This document shows, one piece after another, positions 32,726 to 42,617 of a DNA stretch of 64,000 nt. Source of the stretch: an uncultured delta proteobacterium (GTDB taxonomy: Bacteria; Desulfobacterota; Desulfuromonadia; Desulfuromonadales; BM103); assembly GCA_963715335.1 (NCBI GenBank), contig CAVQRZ010000005.1, positions 32,001 to 96,000 of the forward strand. The letters run 5' to 3'. The first letter of the stretch is position 1. Each line of letters begins with the position of its first letter. A model generated the notes under the pieces. The model was not told the origin of the DNA. It saw nothing but the letters and a program-made list of their open reading frames with translations, and did not search any database. The translations under genes were made by a program, and so were the position numbers.

Positions 32726-33601
32726 ATGTGGGAAAAGAAACCTGTCCTCCTGCTGGTCCTGGCGACAGCAGCCATGCTGATCGGAACCATCATAACCATG
32801 GTACTGCCTTTCGCCTGGGTCAATACCGAGGCCGACCGGATCGAAGGCGTCAAACCTTATACGGCACTGCAACAGGAAGGCCGCGATATCTACATTCGTG
32901 AAGGCTGCAACAATTGCCATTCCCAGACGGTCCGCCCCCTGGTTTCAGACGTTTTGCGCTACGGCGAGTATTCCAAGTCCGGCGAATTTGTTTACGATCG
33001 TCCCTTCCTCTGGGGGTCAAAGCGCACCGGTCCGGACCTGGCCCGCCTTGGTGGAAAATATCCGGACGCATGGCATTACAAGCACATGGAGTCGCCACGA
33101 TCCATGGTCCCGAAGACCAACATGCCCGACTACGGTTGGCTCTCTGAAAACCGGCTCGATACGGCGATGATCGAGCGCAAGATGGAAACCCTTGGCTTTC
33201 CATACACGGCCGCCGAGATCAAGGCTATCGAGGGTAAGAATGAAATGGATGCCATTGTGGCCTATATGCAGAAGCTCGGCAGCGACATCCCGTGGCGGGA
33301 AAGCGCCAAAACCGAAATCGTCGGCGACCTGGTGAACCCTTACGCCGGAGTTGACCACGGCACAATGGAGCCATGGGAAGAACTTTACGAGCAAAATTGC
33401 GCCGCCTGTCACGGCGCGCATATGGAGGGAGAAATAGGGCCGGAGTTGGTTGGTGAAGATTATGACGATGAGATTCTATTCGAAATTATCTACACTGGCA
33501 TTGAAGATAACGGCATGCCGAGTTTCTCGAGTCTGGGAACCGACAAGGTCTGGAAGCTGGTTAATTTCATCAGGTACTACAAGCAGGGTGAGAGCCACTG
33601 A
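32726..33601 (+). CDS. ccoO: cbb3-type oxidase subunit II with an extra C-terminal cytochrome c domain
   Basis: GRDIYIREGCNNCHSQ, WGSKRTGPDLAR; second CAACH...GMP domain. Confidence 0.92.
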   Translation: MWEKKPVLLLVLATAAMLIGTIITMVLPFAWVNTEADRIEGVKPYTALQQEGRDIYIREGCNNCHSQTVRPLVSDVLRYGEYSKSGEFVYDRPFLWGSKRTGPDLARLGGKYPDAWHYKHMESPRSMVPKTNMPDYGWLSENRLDTAMIERKMETLGFPYTAAEIKAIEGKNEMDAIVAYMQKLGSDIPWRESAKTEIVGDLVNPYAGVDHGTMEPWEELYEQNCAACHGAHMEGEIGPELVGEDYDDEILFEIIYTGIEDNGMPSFSSLGTDKVWKLVNFIRYYKQGESH

Positions 33602-33603
33602 TC

Positions 33604-33744
33604 ATGGACCTGGCCTCGATTTTTTACCTTGGCATAACTTTCGGCCTCTTTGTGATCTTTGCTCTGATTGTCGTGCGCACCTACAGCAAGAAGCGTAAGG
33701 ACGAAGGCGAAGCCGCCAAGTACCGGATGATGGATGATGATTAA
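33604..33744 (+). CDS. ccoQ: cbb3-type oxidase subunit CcoQ (46 aa)
   Basis: MDLASIFYLGITFGLFVIFALIVVRTYSKKRKDEGEAAKYRMMDDD; one TM helix; position in operon. Confidence 0.8.
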   Translation: MDLASIFYLGITFGLFVIFALIVVRTYSKKRKDEGEAAKYRMMDDD

Positions 33745-33791
33745 AACCGGTCAAGCCGAAACGGATTGACTTTTGCCAAAAGGATATTCAC

Positions 33792-34292
33792 ATGAGCACA
33801 ACGGACCCTCACCACGAAGAGCATGCGGACGGCATAGTCGAAGACCGTGAAAAGGCCGCACCGGTCTACTTCACCATCCTGTTTTATGGCCTGATCATCT
33901 GGGGTGTGGCTTTCATGGCATTCTATCTGCTTTCCGGCTGGAGCTCAGATGCCGAATTCCAGGAGAAGATGGCCGCCCACAGAGGCGAAGCGCCGGCACA
34001 GCAACAAGCCGCAGCGCCTCCAGCAACAACTCCGGCACCAGCAGCCACGCAGACCCCGGCTGCAGTTGCCGGCGGTCAGGAATTGTATGCCAAATACTGT
34101 GCAGGCTGCCACGGTGCCGATGGCAAAGGCGCTTTCGGTCCGGACCTGTCAGGTGAGTACAAGTACGGGAAAACCACCATGGCCGTTGAAGAAAGTATTG
34201 CTTTTGGCAGGCCGGGGAACATGCCAGGTTTCGAGAAAAAGCTCTCCAGCGAGGAGATCAAGACCCTGACCGAATTTATTCTGAGCCTCTAG
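33792..34292 (+). CDS. ccoP: Short monoheme CcoP-like subunit
   Basis: DGIVE...P.YF..LFYGLIIW FixP_N-like region, Ala/Pro/Gln linker, one CAGCH, MPGF. Confidence 0.8.
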   Translation: MSTTDPHHEEHADGIVEDREKAAPVYFTILFYGLIIWGVAFMAFYLLSGWSSDAEFQEKMAAHRGEAPAQQQAAAPPATTPAPAATQTPAAVAGGQELYAKYCAGCHGADGKGAFGPDLSGEYKYGKTTMAVEESIAFGRPGNMPGFEKKLSSEEIKTLTEFILSL

Positions 34293-34303
34293 AGTTATCG
34301 TGA

Positions 34304-34337
34304 GGCAGGGGTTAATTCCCCTGCCCTCTCACTTTTC
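34304..34337 (+). terminator. Hairpin between ccoP and ccoG (weak terminator or stabiliser)
   Basis: ggcagggg-ttaatt-cccctgcc. Confidence 0.45.
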
Positions 34338-34339
34338 TC

Positions 34340-35582
34340 ATGTCAGAGCCATCCTGCCCGACGAAGGGCCCCCGCCCTCCTCTCCCCCTGGCGACGCCGC
34401 TGCCAATGGGGAGCGACCCTGCTGTTGTTATTGATCCCGTGGTTCCATATCAATGGCAACAGCGTACTGCGTGTTGATATCCCCGAGCTGTCCCTGTATT
34501 TTTTTGGCCAGACCCTGCGCATCGAGGAACTCTACCTGGTCCTGCTGTTCAGCCTGCTCCTGACCCTCGGCTTCCTTCTGCTCACAATGGTGCTCGGACG
34601 AGTGTGGTGCGGTTGGCTCTGTCCGCAAACAACCTTGACGGACCTGGCAGAATGGTTTTCCCGACGCCTGGGATATAACCCCGGGCGTAAAAAAAATATT
34701 TTCAAAAGTTTCACATTACACGGCTTTTATCTCATCCTTGCCTTGCTGGTCTCTGCAAACCTGCTCTGGTATTTCATCGAGCCGCAGAACTTTTTCACCA
34801 AACTGGCCTCCGGACAGATGCACTATGCGACCTGGATCTGCCTGGTGCTGGTTGCGACGACCATCTATCTGGACATGGCCCTGATTCGTCGCCTGATGTG
34901 CAGTGATTTCTGTCCCTATGGCCGATTCCAGACGACCCTGGCCGACGAAACGACTTTGGCCCTGCACCTCCCCGAGTCCGAGCTGGTGCGTTGCATAGAA
35001 TGCAACTCCTGTGTCCGGGTCTGTCCAATGAAAATCGACATTCGGCGCGGTTACCAGGTAGAATGCATCAACTGCGGCCGTTGCCTCGATGCCTGCCGCC
35101 AGGTCATGGCCAAACGGCATCAACCGGGCCTGATCAGCTACTCTTTCGGCACGGCCGGTCAGGGTGTCAGGGCCCTGCTTAATCTGAGAACCCTGCTGCT
35201 CTCCCTGGCCACTTTGGCCCTCTCTGTGATCCTGGTCTTTGCCGTACACCAAAGACCGGAGGCTTCATTGAAAATTTCGGTTTCGCACACCGTAGCCAGC
35301 CGAATTCTCCAGGATGGCAGCCGGGCAACCTTTTTTAACGCCTGGGTGAATAACCGAAGCAATCAAAGCGCCAGTTACGATATCATTGCCCGCCAGACTG
35401 CTGACGCCAACCCGTTGACTGTGAAGGGTCAGACCAACGGGATCGCCCTGGCAGCAGGCGGAAATCTTCGCATCGACTTTGTGCTGATTACGCCTGTCAC
35501 TGAAGCCCGGCTAGAGGTGGACTTGGTCCTGCTGGATCAGACTGGCACTGAACTGGCTAGCGCCGCGGCATATATCGATTAA
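34340..35582 (+). CDS. ccoG: CcoG/FixG 4Fe-4S accessory protein (apparent frameshift near 34375)
   Basis: GRVWCGWLCPQT, CSDFCPY, CIECNSCVRVCP, CINCGRCLDAC. Confidence 0.9.
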
Positions 35583-35601
35583 CCCACGGGTGTAACGACT
35601 G

Positions 35602-36054
35602 ATGATGAAAAAGACCAACCTGTATCCTGCCTTCGTCCTGCTGATTCTTGGCAGTTTTATCTGTTTTCTCGCCTGGTCGGCCATGCGGGCTTCTGATTCC
35701 GCACCACAGGTGACCGACGCCGACTACTACAGTAAAGGCTTGAGGTACACCTCCACAGTTCTGGAGAAAAGAGCTGCGGCCGTACTTGGCTGGCGCGTCG
35801 ACACACAGTTGTCAGAACGGACCCTGCAGCTGCAGTTGAGTGACAAGGAAGGACAACCAGTCAGGTCAGCGAACGGGGTTATTGCCATCTACATGCGGAA
35901 CCGTGGGGAAAGCATGCTCTTCCCTCTACAGGAAGTCAGCGCCGGGATTTACCAGTTGCACCTGACCGACAGCATGACCGGGGAGATGACTGCGCGCGTC
36001 GAGTTTGAACGCGACGGCGCCCGTCTCAGCCGGCAGCTGCTGCTGAACCTCTGA
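35602..36054 (+). CDS. ccoH: CcoH/FixH family protein
   Basis: N-terminal TM helix, DYYSKGLRY, LGW; operon position. Confidence 0.75.
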   Translation: MMKKTNLYPAFVLLILGSFICFLAWSAMRASDSAPQVTDADYYSKGLRYTSTVLEKRAAAVLGWRVDTQLSERTLQLQLSDKEGQPVRSANGVIAIYMRNRGESMLFPLQEVSAGIYQLHLTDSMTGEMTARVEFERDGARLSRQLLLNL

Positions 36055-36058
36055 GATC

Positions 36059-38503
36059 ATGGCGGCACCTGATCCCTGCGTCCATTGCAACCTGCCGATA
36101 CCGCGCGCCGACCTGGTTGTCGAGCAAATTGACGGCAAAGAGCTGCGATTTTGTTGCCATGGCTGTCAGGGGGTCTACCGAATCATCACCGGCGCGGGAC
36201 TGGACAGCTTCTATCGCAACCGCCGCTGGGATGAGCTGGGCGTACCAACCGGCGCCTTCGAGGCCGAGTACGATGAGGCCAGCCTGGGCGGACACGTCAT
36301 CCGTCGGGATGAAACCACGGCGGACATCGCCCTGATTATCGAAGGCATCCGCTGTGCTTCCTGTGTCTGGCTGCTGGAAAAGCTGCTGCTCAGGGAGGTC
36401 GGGATCACGGCGATTCAGGTCAATTACGGCACCCATCGGGCAGTGATCCGCTTCAACCCGCAAGCGACAACACCGGCAAAGATCTTTACATCAATCAGCC
36501 GGCTCGGCTATCTCCCCCATCCATTCTCGCCCGGCGCAGCACAGTTAGCTGCAGCAAGAGAGCAGCGTACACTGCTGATCCGTTTCGGTACCGCCGCCTT
36601 TCTCTCCATGCAGCTAATGGGCTTCTCCTTCGCTCTCTACGGCGGCTACTTTCACGGTATCGACCCGGGAATCCGTCAGTTGATCCAGTATTTTGCCGCA
36701 GCCGTTGCGACTCCGGTGGTTTTCTATTCGGGCTGGCCGTTTCTGGCTGGCGCCTGGCGCAGCCTGAAGAACCGGGCGGCGAGCATGGACCTGTTGATCA
36801 GCCTCGGCGTATCGACTGCTTACAGTTACAGCCTTTACGCCATGTTCAGGGGTGGCGAGGTCTACTTTGACACGGCAGCCATGATCATCACCCTGATTTT
36901 GCTCGGCAGGCTCTTCGAAAGCTCGGCCCGCAGCCGCTCGATCTCCGGCATTGACAAACTTCTGCAACTTGCCCCCAACTCGGCAAACCGGGTCGACGGC
37001 GATGAAGTCAACGTGGTTGCCAGTGCCAGCCTAACCCCTGGCGACATCATCCTGGTCCGTCCGGGCGAACGCATTCCTGTCGATTGCCAGGTCCTCACCG
37101 GTGTTACGGAAGTTGACGAATCAACCATCACCGGCGAACCTATGCCGATATTGCGTCAGGAAGGCGACAAGGTTTCAGCGGGCAGCCTGAACCTTTCCAC
37201 GTCGGTCAGGCTGCAGGTAGATCGTGTTGCGGCTGAATCTTTTGTTGCGCGGATGGCACGCCTGGTCGAAGAGGCACAGAACCGCAAGGCGCCAATCCAG
37301 TCGATGGCGGACCGGGTGGCCACGCTATTTGTGCCACTGGTAGCCACCGTTGCCGTTGGCACCTGGGCATTCTGGTGGTTCAGCGGGGCATCACACGCCG
37401 AGGCGCTGTTAAATGCTGTTTCGGTGCTGATTGTCGCCTGTCCATGTGCCCTTGGCCTTGCAACACCGACAGCTGTTCTGACAGCATCCGGCAGTGCAGC
37501 AGGCAACGGGATTCTGTTCCGCGGTGGTGATATACTTGAAGCGATATCGCGCGTGGATTTGGTCGCGTTCGACAAAACCGGGACCTTGACCTGCGGCCAG
37601 CCAACCGTAAAGAGAATAATTCCCGCAACGGGACAAACCGGGGCGGCGCTTCTCGAACTTGCCAGCCGTGCAGCAAGCGGTTCGAACCACCCGCTGGCGA
37701 TTGCGGTACTGGCCAGTGTCAGAGCGGCAGGGGTTCAGCCAGGGACAGCAGGGCCGGTCACTTCAATGCCCGGTCGCGGCTTGAAAACGCAGGGGGAAAA
37801 CGGCGAGATTCTGACCGGCAGCCGGGCCTTTCTGACTGAAAACAGCATTGAGGTTCCCGCGATTGATTCGGCAGCCGAAACTGAGGTTCACGTCAGCCTG
37901 GACGGGGTTTGGCAGGGGCTCCTGCTGCTGCATGACCCGCTCCGCACAGAAGCCGAACAGACCATCAGAGAACTGAAAGGCCTCGGGCTGAAAACGGTCC
38001 TTCTAACCGGAGACCGCCCCGAAACAGCACGTCAGGTCTGCACGACACTGGTCCTGCCTGACTTTCATGCCAACATGAGTCCGGCAGACAAAACGTCCTG
38101 GATCGAAAGCCAACAGCGTAATGGCCACACGGTGATGATGGTCGGTGACGGCATCAACGATGCCCCGGCACTATCATTGGCAGATGTCGGATGCGCCATG
38201 GCCGGAGGCACTGATATTGCCCTGGAAACTTCGGACCTGGTTCTGACCAGAACAAATCTCGCCTCTCTGCATGAAGCGATTTTTATCGGCCGCAAGACCA
38301 TGCAGGTTATTAAGCAGAATCTGTTCTGGGCCTTCACCTACAACCTGATCACCCTCCCGCTGGCCGCGGCCGGCAAGCTGGCTCCGGTCTGGGCGGCAGC
38401 GGCCATGGCCGGCAGTTCGATTCTGGTGGTCAGCAACTCATTACGTCTGGGCAGGCTGGTCCGCCGCACCTTTTCGATTGCCAAGCCGCCGACGAGCAAT
38501 TAG
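36059..38503 (+). CDS. ccoI: CcoI/FixI copper P1B-type ATPase
   Basis: CVHC...FCCHGC N-terminal domain, CASC HMA, CPCALGLATP, DKTGT, GDGINDAPAL. Confidence 0.92.
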   Translation: MAAPDPCVHCNLPIPRADLVVEQIDGKELRFCCHGCQGVYRIITGAGLDSFYRNRRWDELGVPTGAFEAEYDEASLGGHVIRRDETTADIALIIEGIRCASCVWLLEKLLLREVGITAIQVNYGTHRAVIRFNPQATTPAKIFTSISRLGYLPHPFSPGAAQLAAAREQRTLLIRFGTAAFLSMQLMGFSFALYGGYFHGIDPGIRQLIQYFAAAVATPVVFYSGWPFLAGAWRSLKNRAASMDLLISLGVSTAYSYSLYAMFRGGEVYFDTAAMIITLILLGRLFESSARSRSISGIDKLLQLAPNSANRVDGDEVNVVASASLTPGDIILVRPGERIPVDCQVLTGVTEVDESTITGEPMPILRQEGDKVSAGSLNLSTSVRLQVDRVAAESFVARMARLVEEAQNRKAPIQSMADRVATLFVPLVATVAVGTWAFWWFSGASHAEALLNAVSVLIVACPCALGLATPTAVLTASGSAAGNGILFRGGDILEAISRVDLVAFDKTGTLTCGQPTVKRIIPATGQTGAALLELASRAASGSNHPLAIAVLASVRAAGVQPGTAGPVTSMPGRGLKTQGENGEILTGSRAFLTENSIEVPAIDSAAETEVHVSLDGVWQGLLLLHDPLRTEAEQTIRELKGLGLKTVLLTGDRPETARQVCTTLVLPDFHANMSPADKTSWIESQQRNGHTVMMVGDGINDAPALSLADVGCAMAGGTDIALETSDLVLTRTNLASLHEAIFIGRKTMQVIKQNLFWAFTYNLITLPLAAAGKLAPVWAAAAMAGSSILVVSNSLRLGRLVRRTFSIAKPPTSN

Positions 38504-38512
38504 TATCTGCCA

Positions 38513-38698
38513 ATGATCAAGTCAATTATCATTCTGATTGTTCTGTCACTTTGTATCGGCACCGGTGCCTGGCTGCTTTTTATCTGGACGGTCAAGCGCG
38601 GTGATTTCGACGATATTGAAGGACCCAAGTATCGCATGCTGGACGATGAGGATGAGAATTCATCGCTCCCGGGTGCATCTCAAGGAGAGAAAAAATGA
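38513..38698 (+). CDS. ccoS: cbb3 oxidase assembly protein CcoS
   Basis: TM helix plus FIWTVKRGDFDDIEGPKYRML. Confidence 0.9.
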   Translation: MIKSIIILIVLSLCIGTGAWLLFIWTVKRGDFDDIEGPKYRMLDDEDENSSLPGASQGEKK

Positions 38699-39111
38699 AA
38701 AGACCCGTTCGCCCCGGCCTTATGATCCTCGCTACCATAATCCTGCTCAGCAGCTCAACCGTCCTGTTCGCGGCGGAAACGAGCCTGGAGAAACCAGCCT
38801 TCAAGTCTGGCAAGGTTACGCTGACTTTTGCCGATGCACCGCTGAAAACGATGACTGAGACGCCCTTTGCAATAAAAGTTACGGGTGCTACCGGTATCGT
38901 TATCAGCGATGCCAGACTGAGTATCGACCTCGACATGCCGGACATGCCGATGCCACCGAACCACCCTGCAGCGACCTGGAAGGACGGTGCCTATCGAGGC
39001 GTTGCGATCTTCACAATGGCTGGCGCCTGGGAGATGACTGTTAACGTCCAGCGCCCCGGTTATGATCAGGAACACGTCATTTTCAAAATTGATCAAGTCA
39101 TGATGAAATGA
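38695..39111 (+). CDS. YtkA/FixH-like secreted Met-rich protein
   Basis: Signal peptide, LDMPDMPM, FTMAGAW. Confidence 0.7.
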   Translation: MKRPVRPGLMILATIILLSSSTVLFAAETSLEKPAFKSGKVTLTFADAPLKTMTETPFAIKVTGATGIVISDARLSIDLDMPDMPMPPNHPAATWKDGAYRGVAIFTMAGAWEMTVNVQRPGYDQEHVIFKIDQVMMK

Positions 39112-39791
39112 GCGAATCGCTCGTTTACATGGCCTTTATTACCGGTCTGCTTGGAACCGGTCACTGTATAGGTATGTGTGGCGGGTTGGTCAGTGCCCTG
39201 TCCCTGTCGGATGTCGGGCAGAAAGGTGGCTGGCTGTTTCATCTGCTCTACAATACCGGACGCATTGTAACTTATACCTTTATCGGTGCAGTGGTCGGCT
39301 GGCTCGGCTCCGCTCTGGCCTATACAGATCAGTTCAGGACCGTGAGCCGCACCCTGCTGCTATGCTCGGACCTGTTTGTCATCCTGGTAGGCCTTGGTAC
39401 CGCTGGCATGTTCGCATGGCTCAATGTCGCAAAACTCGATTTCCCCGGGCCGATGCGGTTGATGGCGACTGCCGTAAGCGGGTTGAGGCGCCTGCCACCG
39501 GCGCTGGCTGCCCTGCCGCTCGGTCTCCTGTTCGGCTTCATTCCCTGCGGGTACCTCTATGCCGTTGCCATCACGGCAGCCCAGAGTACGAATGTCATCA
39601 CCGGTGCCCTGATGCTCCTGGCCTTCGGCCTGGGGACGGCGCCAGCACTGTTCTTTTTCGGCAGCGCTGCCCAATGGTTGAGCGGCAAGGCCCGGACATG
39701 GATGCTGCGCATCGCCGGGATAGTCGTTGCCGGCATGGGTGTCATCAATCTTTTCAGTCACTTGAGAATGATGGGCATAATCGGGCCGTAA
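39108..39791 (+). CDS. DsbD_2/TauE-SafE-like cytochrome oxidase biogenesis membrane protein
   Basis: GHCIGMCGG, YNTGRI, IPCGYLY, AFGLGT. Confidence 0.85.
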   Translation: MSESLVYMAFITGLLGTGHCIGMCGGLVSALSLSDVGQKGGWLFHLLYNTGRIVTYTFIGAVVGWLGSALAYTDQFRTVSRTLLLCSDLFVILVGLGTAGMFAWLNVAKLDFPGPMRLMATAVSGLRRLPPALAALPLGLLFGFIPCGYLYAVAITAAQSTNVITGALMLLAFGLGTAPALFFFGSAAQWLSGKARTWMLRIAGIVVAGMGVINLFSHLRMMGIIGP

Positions 39792-39879
39792 AGGCTATCT
39801 TTTGGCTCTACTTGCGTTCTGTTTTGATATTAACGTCTGCCGCTGCCCCCTCCTTATCAAGATCCGTAACCTGAATTAC

Positions 39880-39973
39880 AAAAAAAAAGCCCCACAGCCA
39901 GGAGGGGACTGTGGGGCAACGGGTTCTATAGGGTTTTTCTTTAGGAGGTAGAACATGAAGAAAGTATGTTCTG
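39880..39973 (-). ncRNA. Candidate anti-SD (CCUCCU) small RNA 2
   Basis: Own promoter, 5' hairpin agaacat/atgttct, single-stranded ACCUCCU, terminator gccccacag-UCCCCUCCUGG-ctgtggggc-U9; no convincing ORF. Confidence 0.65.
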
Positions 39974-39979
39974 GTTATT

Positions 39980-40007
39980 AGATTACCATTTTGGTCAGAT
40001 ATGTCAA
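39980..40007 (-). promoter_or_regulatory. Sigma-70 promoter of candidate sRNA 2
   Basis: TTGACA-N16-TAATCT with a TGn extended -10. Confidence 0.6.
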
Positions 40008-40027
40008 CATGAAAAACACAATAAAAA

Positions 40028-40118
40028 ACCACCCAAGCGCGAACCCGGGTGGCAAGGATCTCCTTGGCTGGAGAGTTTGTAAATATCTCTGTCAACAAGA
40101 AGCCGGTTTTTGTTGCGA
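40028..40118 (+). repeat. Degenerate ~100-bp repeat, copy 6 (most diverged)
   Basis: ccaccc...gggtggc hairpin, then tatctctgtcaacaagaagccggtttttgt. Confidence 0.5.
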
Positions 40119-40183
40119 CATTGGTTACTTACAGGCAGATCTGAGTCAAGGCGAAAGACCCTCCACTTAAGCTTGAATGATCG

Positions 40184-41236
40184 TCAAGACCTTAATTCTT
40201 CATAAATTTCGGCAAATCTTCCGCGACATTTTCGGAAAACCTCCAGAACCTCCGGGTCAAAATGTTCTGGCGAGGTACGATCGCTCCCTTGCAGAATAAT
40301 TGTACAGCTCTTCTCATGGCTAAACGCCTGCTTGTAAGGGCGTTCGCTTCTGAGAGCATCATATTGATCGCAGATATTCATGATTCGCGCGGTGAGAGGT
40401 ATTTCTTCACCCTTCAGGCCGTTTGGGTAGCCCTTGCCGTCCCAACGCTCATGGTGGTATCTGGCAATATCCACCGCCATCTGCAGATACGGAGAATTTG
40501 AGCCTTCCAGTATCTCGGCACCGATGGTTGTATGGGTCTTCATAATCTGCCACTCTGAAGCATTCAGCGGGCCCGGTTTCTGCTGGATAGCATCAGGTAT
40601 GGCCACCTTACCGACATCATGCATCGGCGAGGCATAAAAGATACTCTCGGCAAATTCGCTGCCCAGGTTACAGGCTTCAGCGATCTCCCTGGAGTAATAA
40701 CTGATGCGACTGATATGGGCACCGGTGTACTCATCCTTGAATTCTGAAGCCAGCACCAACCGGTGGATGGTGTCGATATAGCCCTCCCGTAGCAACAGGG
40801 TTCGCTCTGCCACCTGTTTCTCCAAGAGCTGCTTGTGCTCTGCCAGAAAATCATGAAACTCCTTGTTGCGAAGATTGTTTCTGAGTCGCAGAGACAGTTC
40901 CTCATTGTCGATCGGCTTGGTCAGGAAATCATCAGCCCCGATGGCTATGCCCGCCAGCCGATCTTTCCGGGAATCGAGACCAGTGATTATAATCACGGGG
41001 ATATGGGCCGTGTCCTTATCGTTTTTCAAATGTGCCGTAGCTTCAAGACCATCCATCTCCGGCATTACCACATCCATCAGGATGCAGTCTGGATGCTCAG
41101 TACGGGCAAACTCCACGACCTCACGGCCGTTCCTGGCCTTGACAGTTTCATACCCCAGATCTCTACACAGTTCCTCCAAAACCATGATGTGAAACAACTG
41201 GTCATCGGCGATCAGAATTTTTTTTGATGTGGTCAT
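40184..41236 (-). CDS. Response regulator with HD-GYP cyclic dinucleotide phosphodiesterase domain
   Basis: REC domain; MHDVGK, HHERWDGKGYP, RPYK. Confidence 0.93.
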   Translation of the reverse strand: MTTSKKILIADDQLFHIMVLEELCRDLGYETVKARNGREVVEFARTEHPDCILMDVVMPEMDGLEATAHLKNDKDTAHIPVIIITGLDSRKDRLAGIAIGADDFLTKPIDNEELSLRLRNNLRNKEFHDFLAEHKQLLEKQVAERTLLLREGYIDTIHRLVLASEFKDEYTGAHISRISYYSREIAEACNLGSEFAESIFYASPMHDVGKVAIPDAIQQKPGPLNASEWQIMKTHTTIGAEILEGSNSPYLQMAVDIARYHHERWDGKGYPNGLKGEEIPLTARIMNICDQYDALRSERPYKQAFSHEKSCTIILQGSDRTSPEHFDPEVLEVFRKCRGRFAEIYEELRS

Positions 41237-41394
41237 GTACCTCTCTTTGATTTAGCTGGATCCATCTCTTGAAACTCTCCAAAAACCCGCCACTGACTCA
41301 CGGGAAAATATCACTGAAGCCAAACATTTTCAATGTTCCACTTCAATCAACACGGAACGCGCACAAAGCTTATACTCTTTGCAGGGAGAAAATA

Positions 41395-42216
41395 TCAGTC
41401 CTCTGGCGGTTTATACAATTTTGGCGGGGGAAGCTTATGCTGCCAGAATCGCTTGGCCAGCCACAGCAGAACCAGCCACAGCAACGCACAGGGCGTGTAA
41501 CGGAAGAGAAAAGTCACCAGCACCGAGGTTTGGATCTCCAGACCGACGACCATGTAAAAGCATACAATTATGTAAGGAAAGATTGGAATCATGGCGAGTT
41601 CACGCCAGCGATAACGGTAATGCCACAACATATGCAACTGCAGCAGGAGGTAGGCCGGGATCGATGCAAGGTTGAGGAAGAAGACAATATCGAAGAGAGC
41701 CCCGTATTTCTGTGGGGAGGGGTCGTAAACATAATCGACCTTGCGTCGTTCGGCCCTGATCATGGGGGGAACCCATTCTGCAGGCTTCCTCGACTCGACT
41801 GAAGCGACATCCTGCCACGTCACGTTCACCTCATGGGAGACCTGCTGCAGCGTCTGCCATTTTTCATCCAGAACGACTATCCTGACGGCATCGACATGCG
41901 TCGGGTTCGTGTACATAACCCACGCCAGGGACTCCCCCGCCCCAGGGGCATGCAACGTTGCTGGATTTCTAATCGCTCCGACTTCGAGTGGCAAGCCATC
42001 CAGCATGGCAATGGCCTGGAAACGCAGCGGGACATCGGCCTCGTAGCGGACCTTGACATACAACTTTTCATCATTGCCGAGCGTTGAACTGACGGCAGGA
42101 TCGACAGCGACAATATCGACTCGCATACCATCGACTGATTGAGCAAAAGCAGATGTCAGGCTGATGCAAAGGAGAAGCAGGCAGAAGAGGAGCGAAGCGG
42201 ATTTCAGATGAGTCAT
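41395..42216 (-). CDS. Hypothetical membrane protein (signal peptide, periplasmic domain, three C-terminal TM helices)
   Basis: MTHLKSASLLF signal; hydrophobic C-terminus. Confidence 0.65.
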   Translation of the reverse strand: MTHLKSASLLFCLLLLCISLTSAFAQSVDGMRVDIVAVDPAVSSTLGNDEKLYVKVRYEADVPLRFQAIAMLDGLPLEVGAIRNPATLHAPGAGESLAWVMYTNPTHVDAVRIVVLDEKWQTLQQVSHEVNVTWQDVASVESRKPAEWVPPMIRAERRKVDYVYDPSPQKYGALFDIVFFLNLASIPAYLLLQLHMLWHYRYRWRELAMIPIFPYIIVCFYMVVGLEIQTSVLVTFLFRYTPCALLWLVLLWLAKRFWQHKLPPPKLYKPPED

Positions 42217-42341
42217 ATTGTTCTTTATTATCAGGGTAATAATTCTACTAATTCCGGAGATTTGATTATACCCCAAAACACGTTTCGCATCATAATTATT
42301 TGTAAAAAACGGTCTAAGGAAATTTCGGAGATAGCCCGCAT

Positions 42342-42381
42342 AAAGCTCGCCCCGGTTCATCGGTGAACCGGGGCGAGCTTT
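42342..42381. terminator. Perfect 18-bp-stem hairpin
   Basis: aaagctcgccccggttca-tcgg-tgaaccggggcgagcttt. Confidence 0.75.
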
Positions 42382-42590
42382 TACCCGTCGAAGGAGGAGG
42401 GCGGGCTGATTAACTTTTGGGTGGCGGTTTGGCTGGGCTGCGCCCTGCCTTGAATTTTGGTCCCTGAAAGCCGCTTCAGGCGTCCTGCTCGATGGCAGGC
42501 TTGCTCACCACGCTTTACCCGGGATGTTTTCTTTTCAATGTTCTCGACGCTGCCAGACCGGATACCGCGCAACCCAAATTCTATTTGCCT
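42342..42590 (-). ncRNA. Candidate sigma-54-dependent structured RNA (sRNA or leader) with a CCUCCU loop
   Basis: Four small hairpins, the last with loop UCCUCCUUC, then the 18-bp hairpin; -24/-12 site upstream. Confidence 0.45.
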
Positions 42591-42600
42591 GTACTAAGGT

Positions 42601-42617
42601 TGCCAATCGCATGCCAA
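42601..42617 (-). promoter_or_regulatory. Putative sigma-54 promoter
   Basis: Minus strand TTGGCATGCGATTGGCA = GG-N10-GC. Confidence 0.5.
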
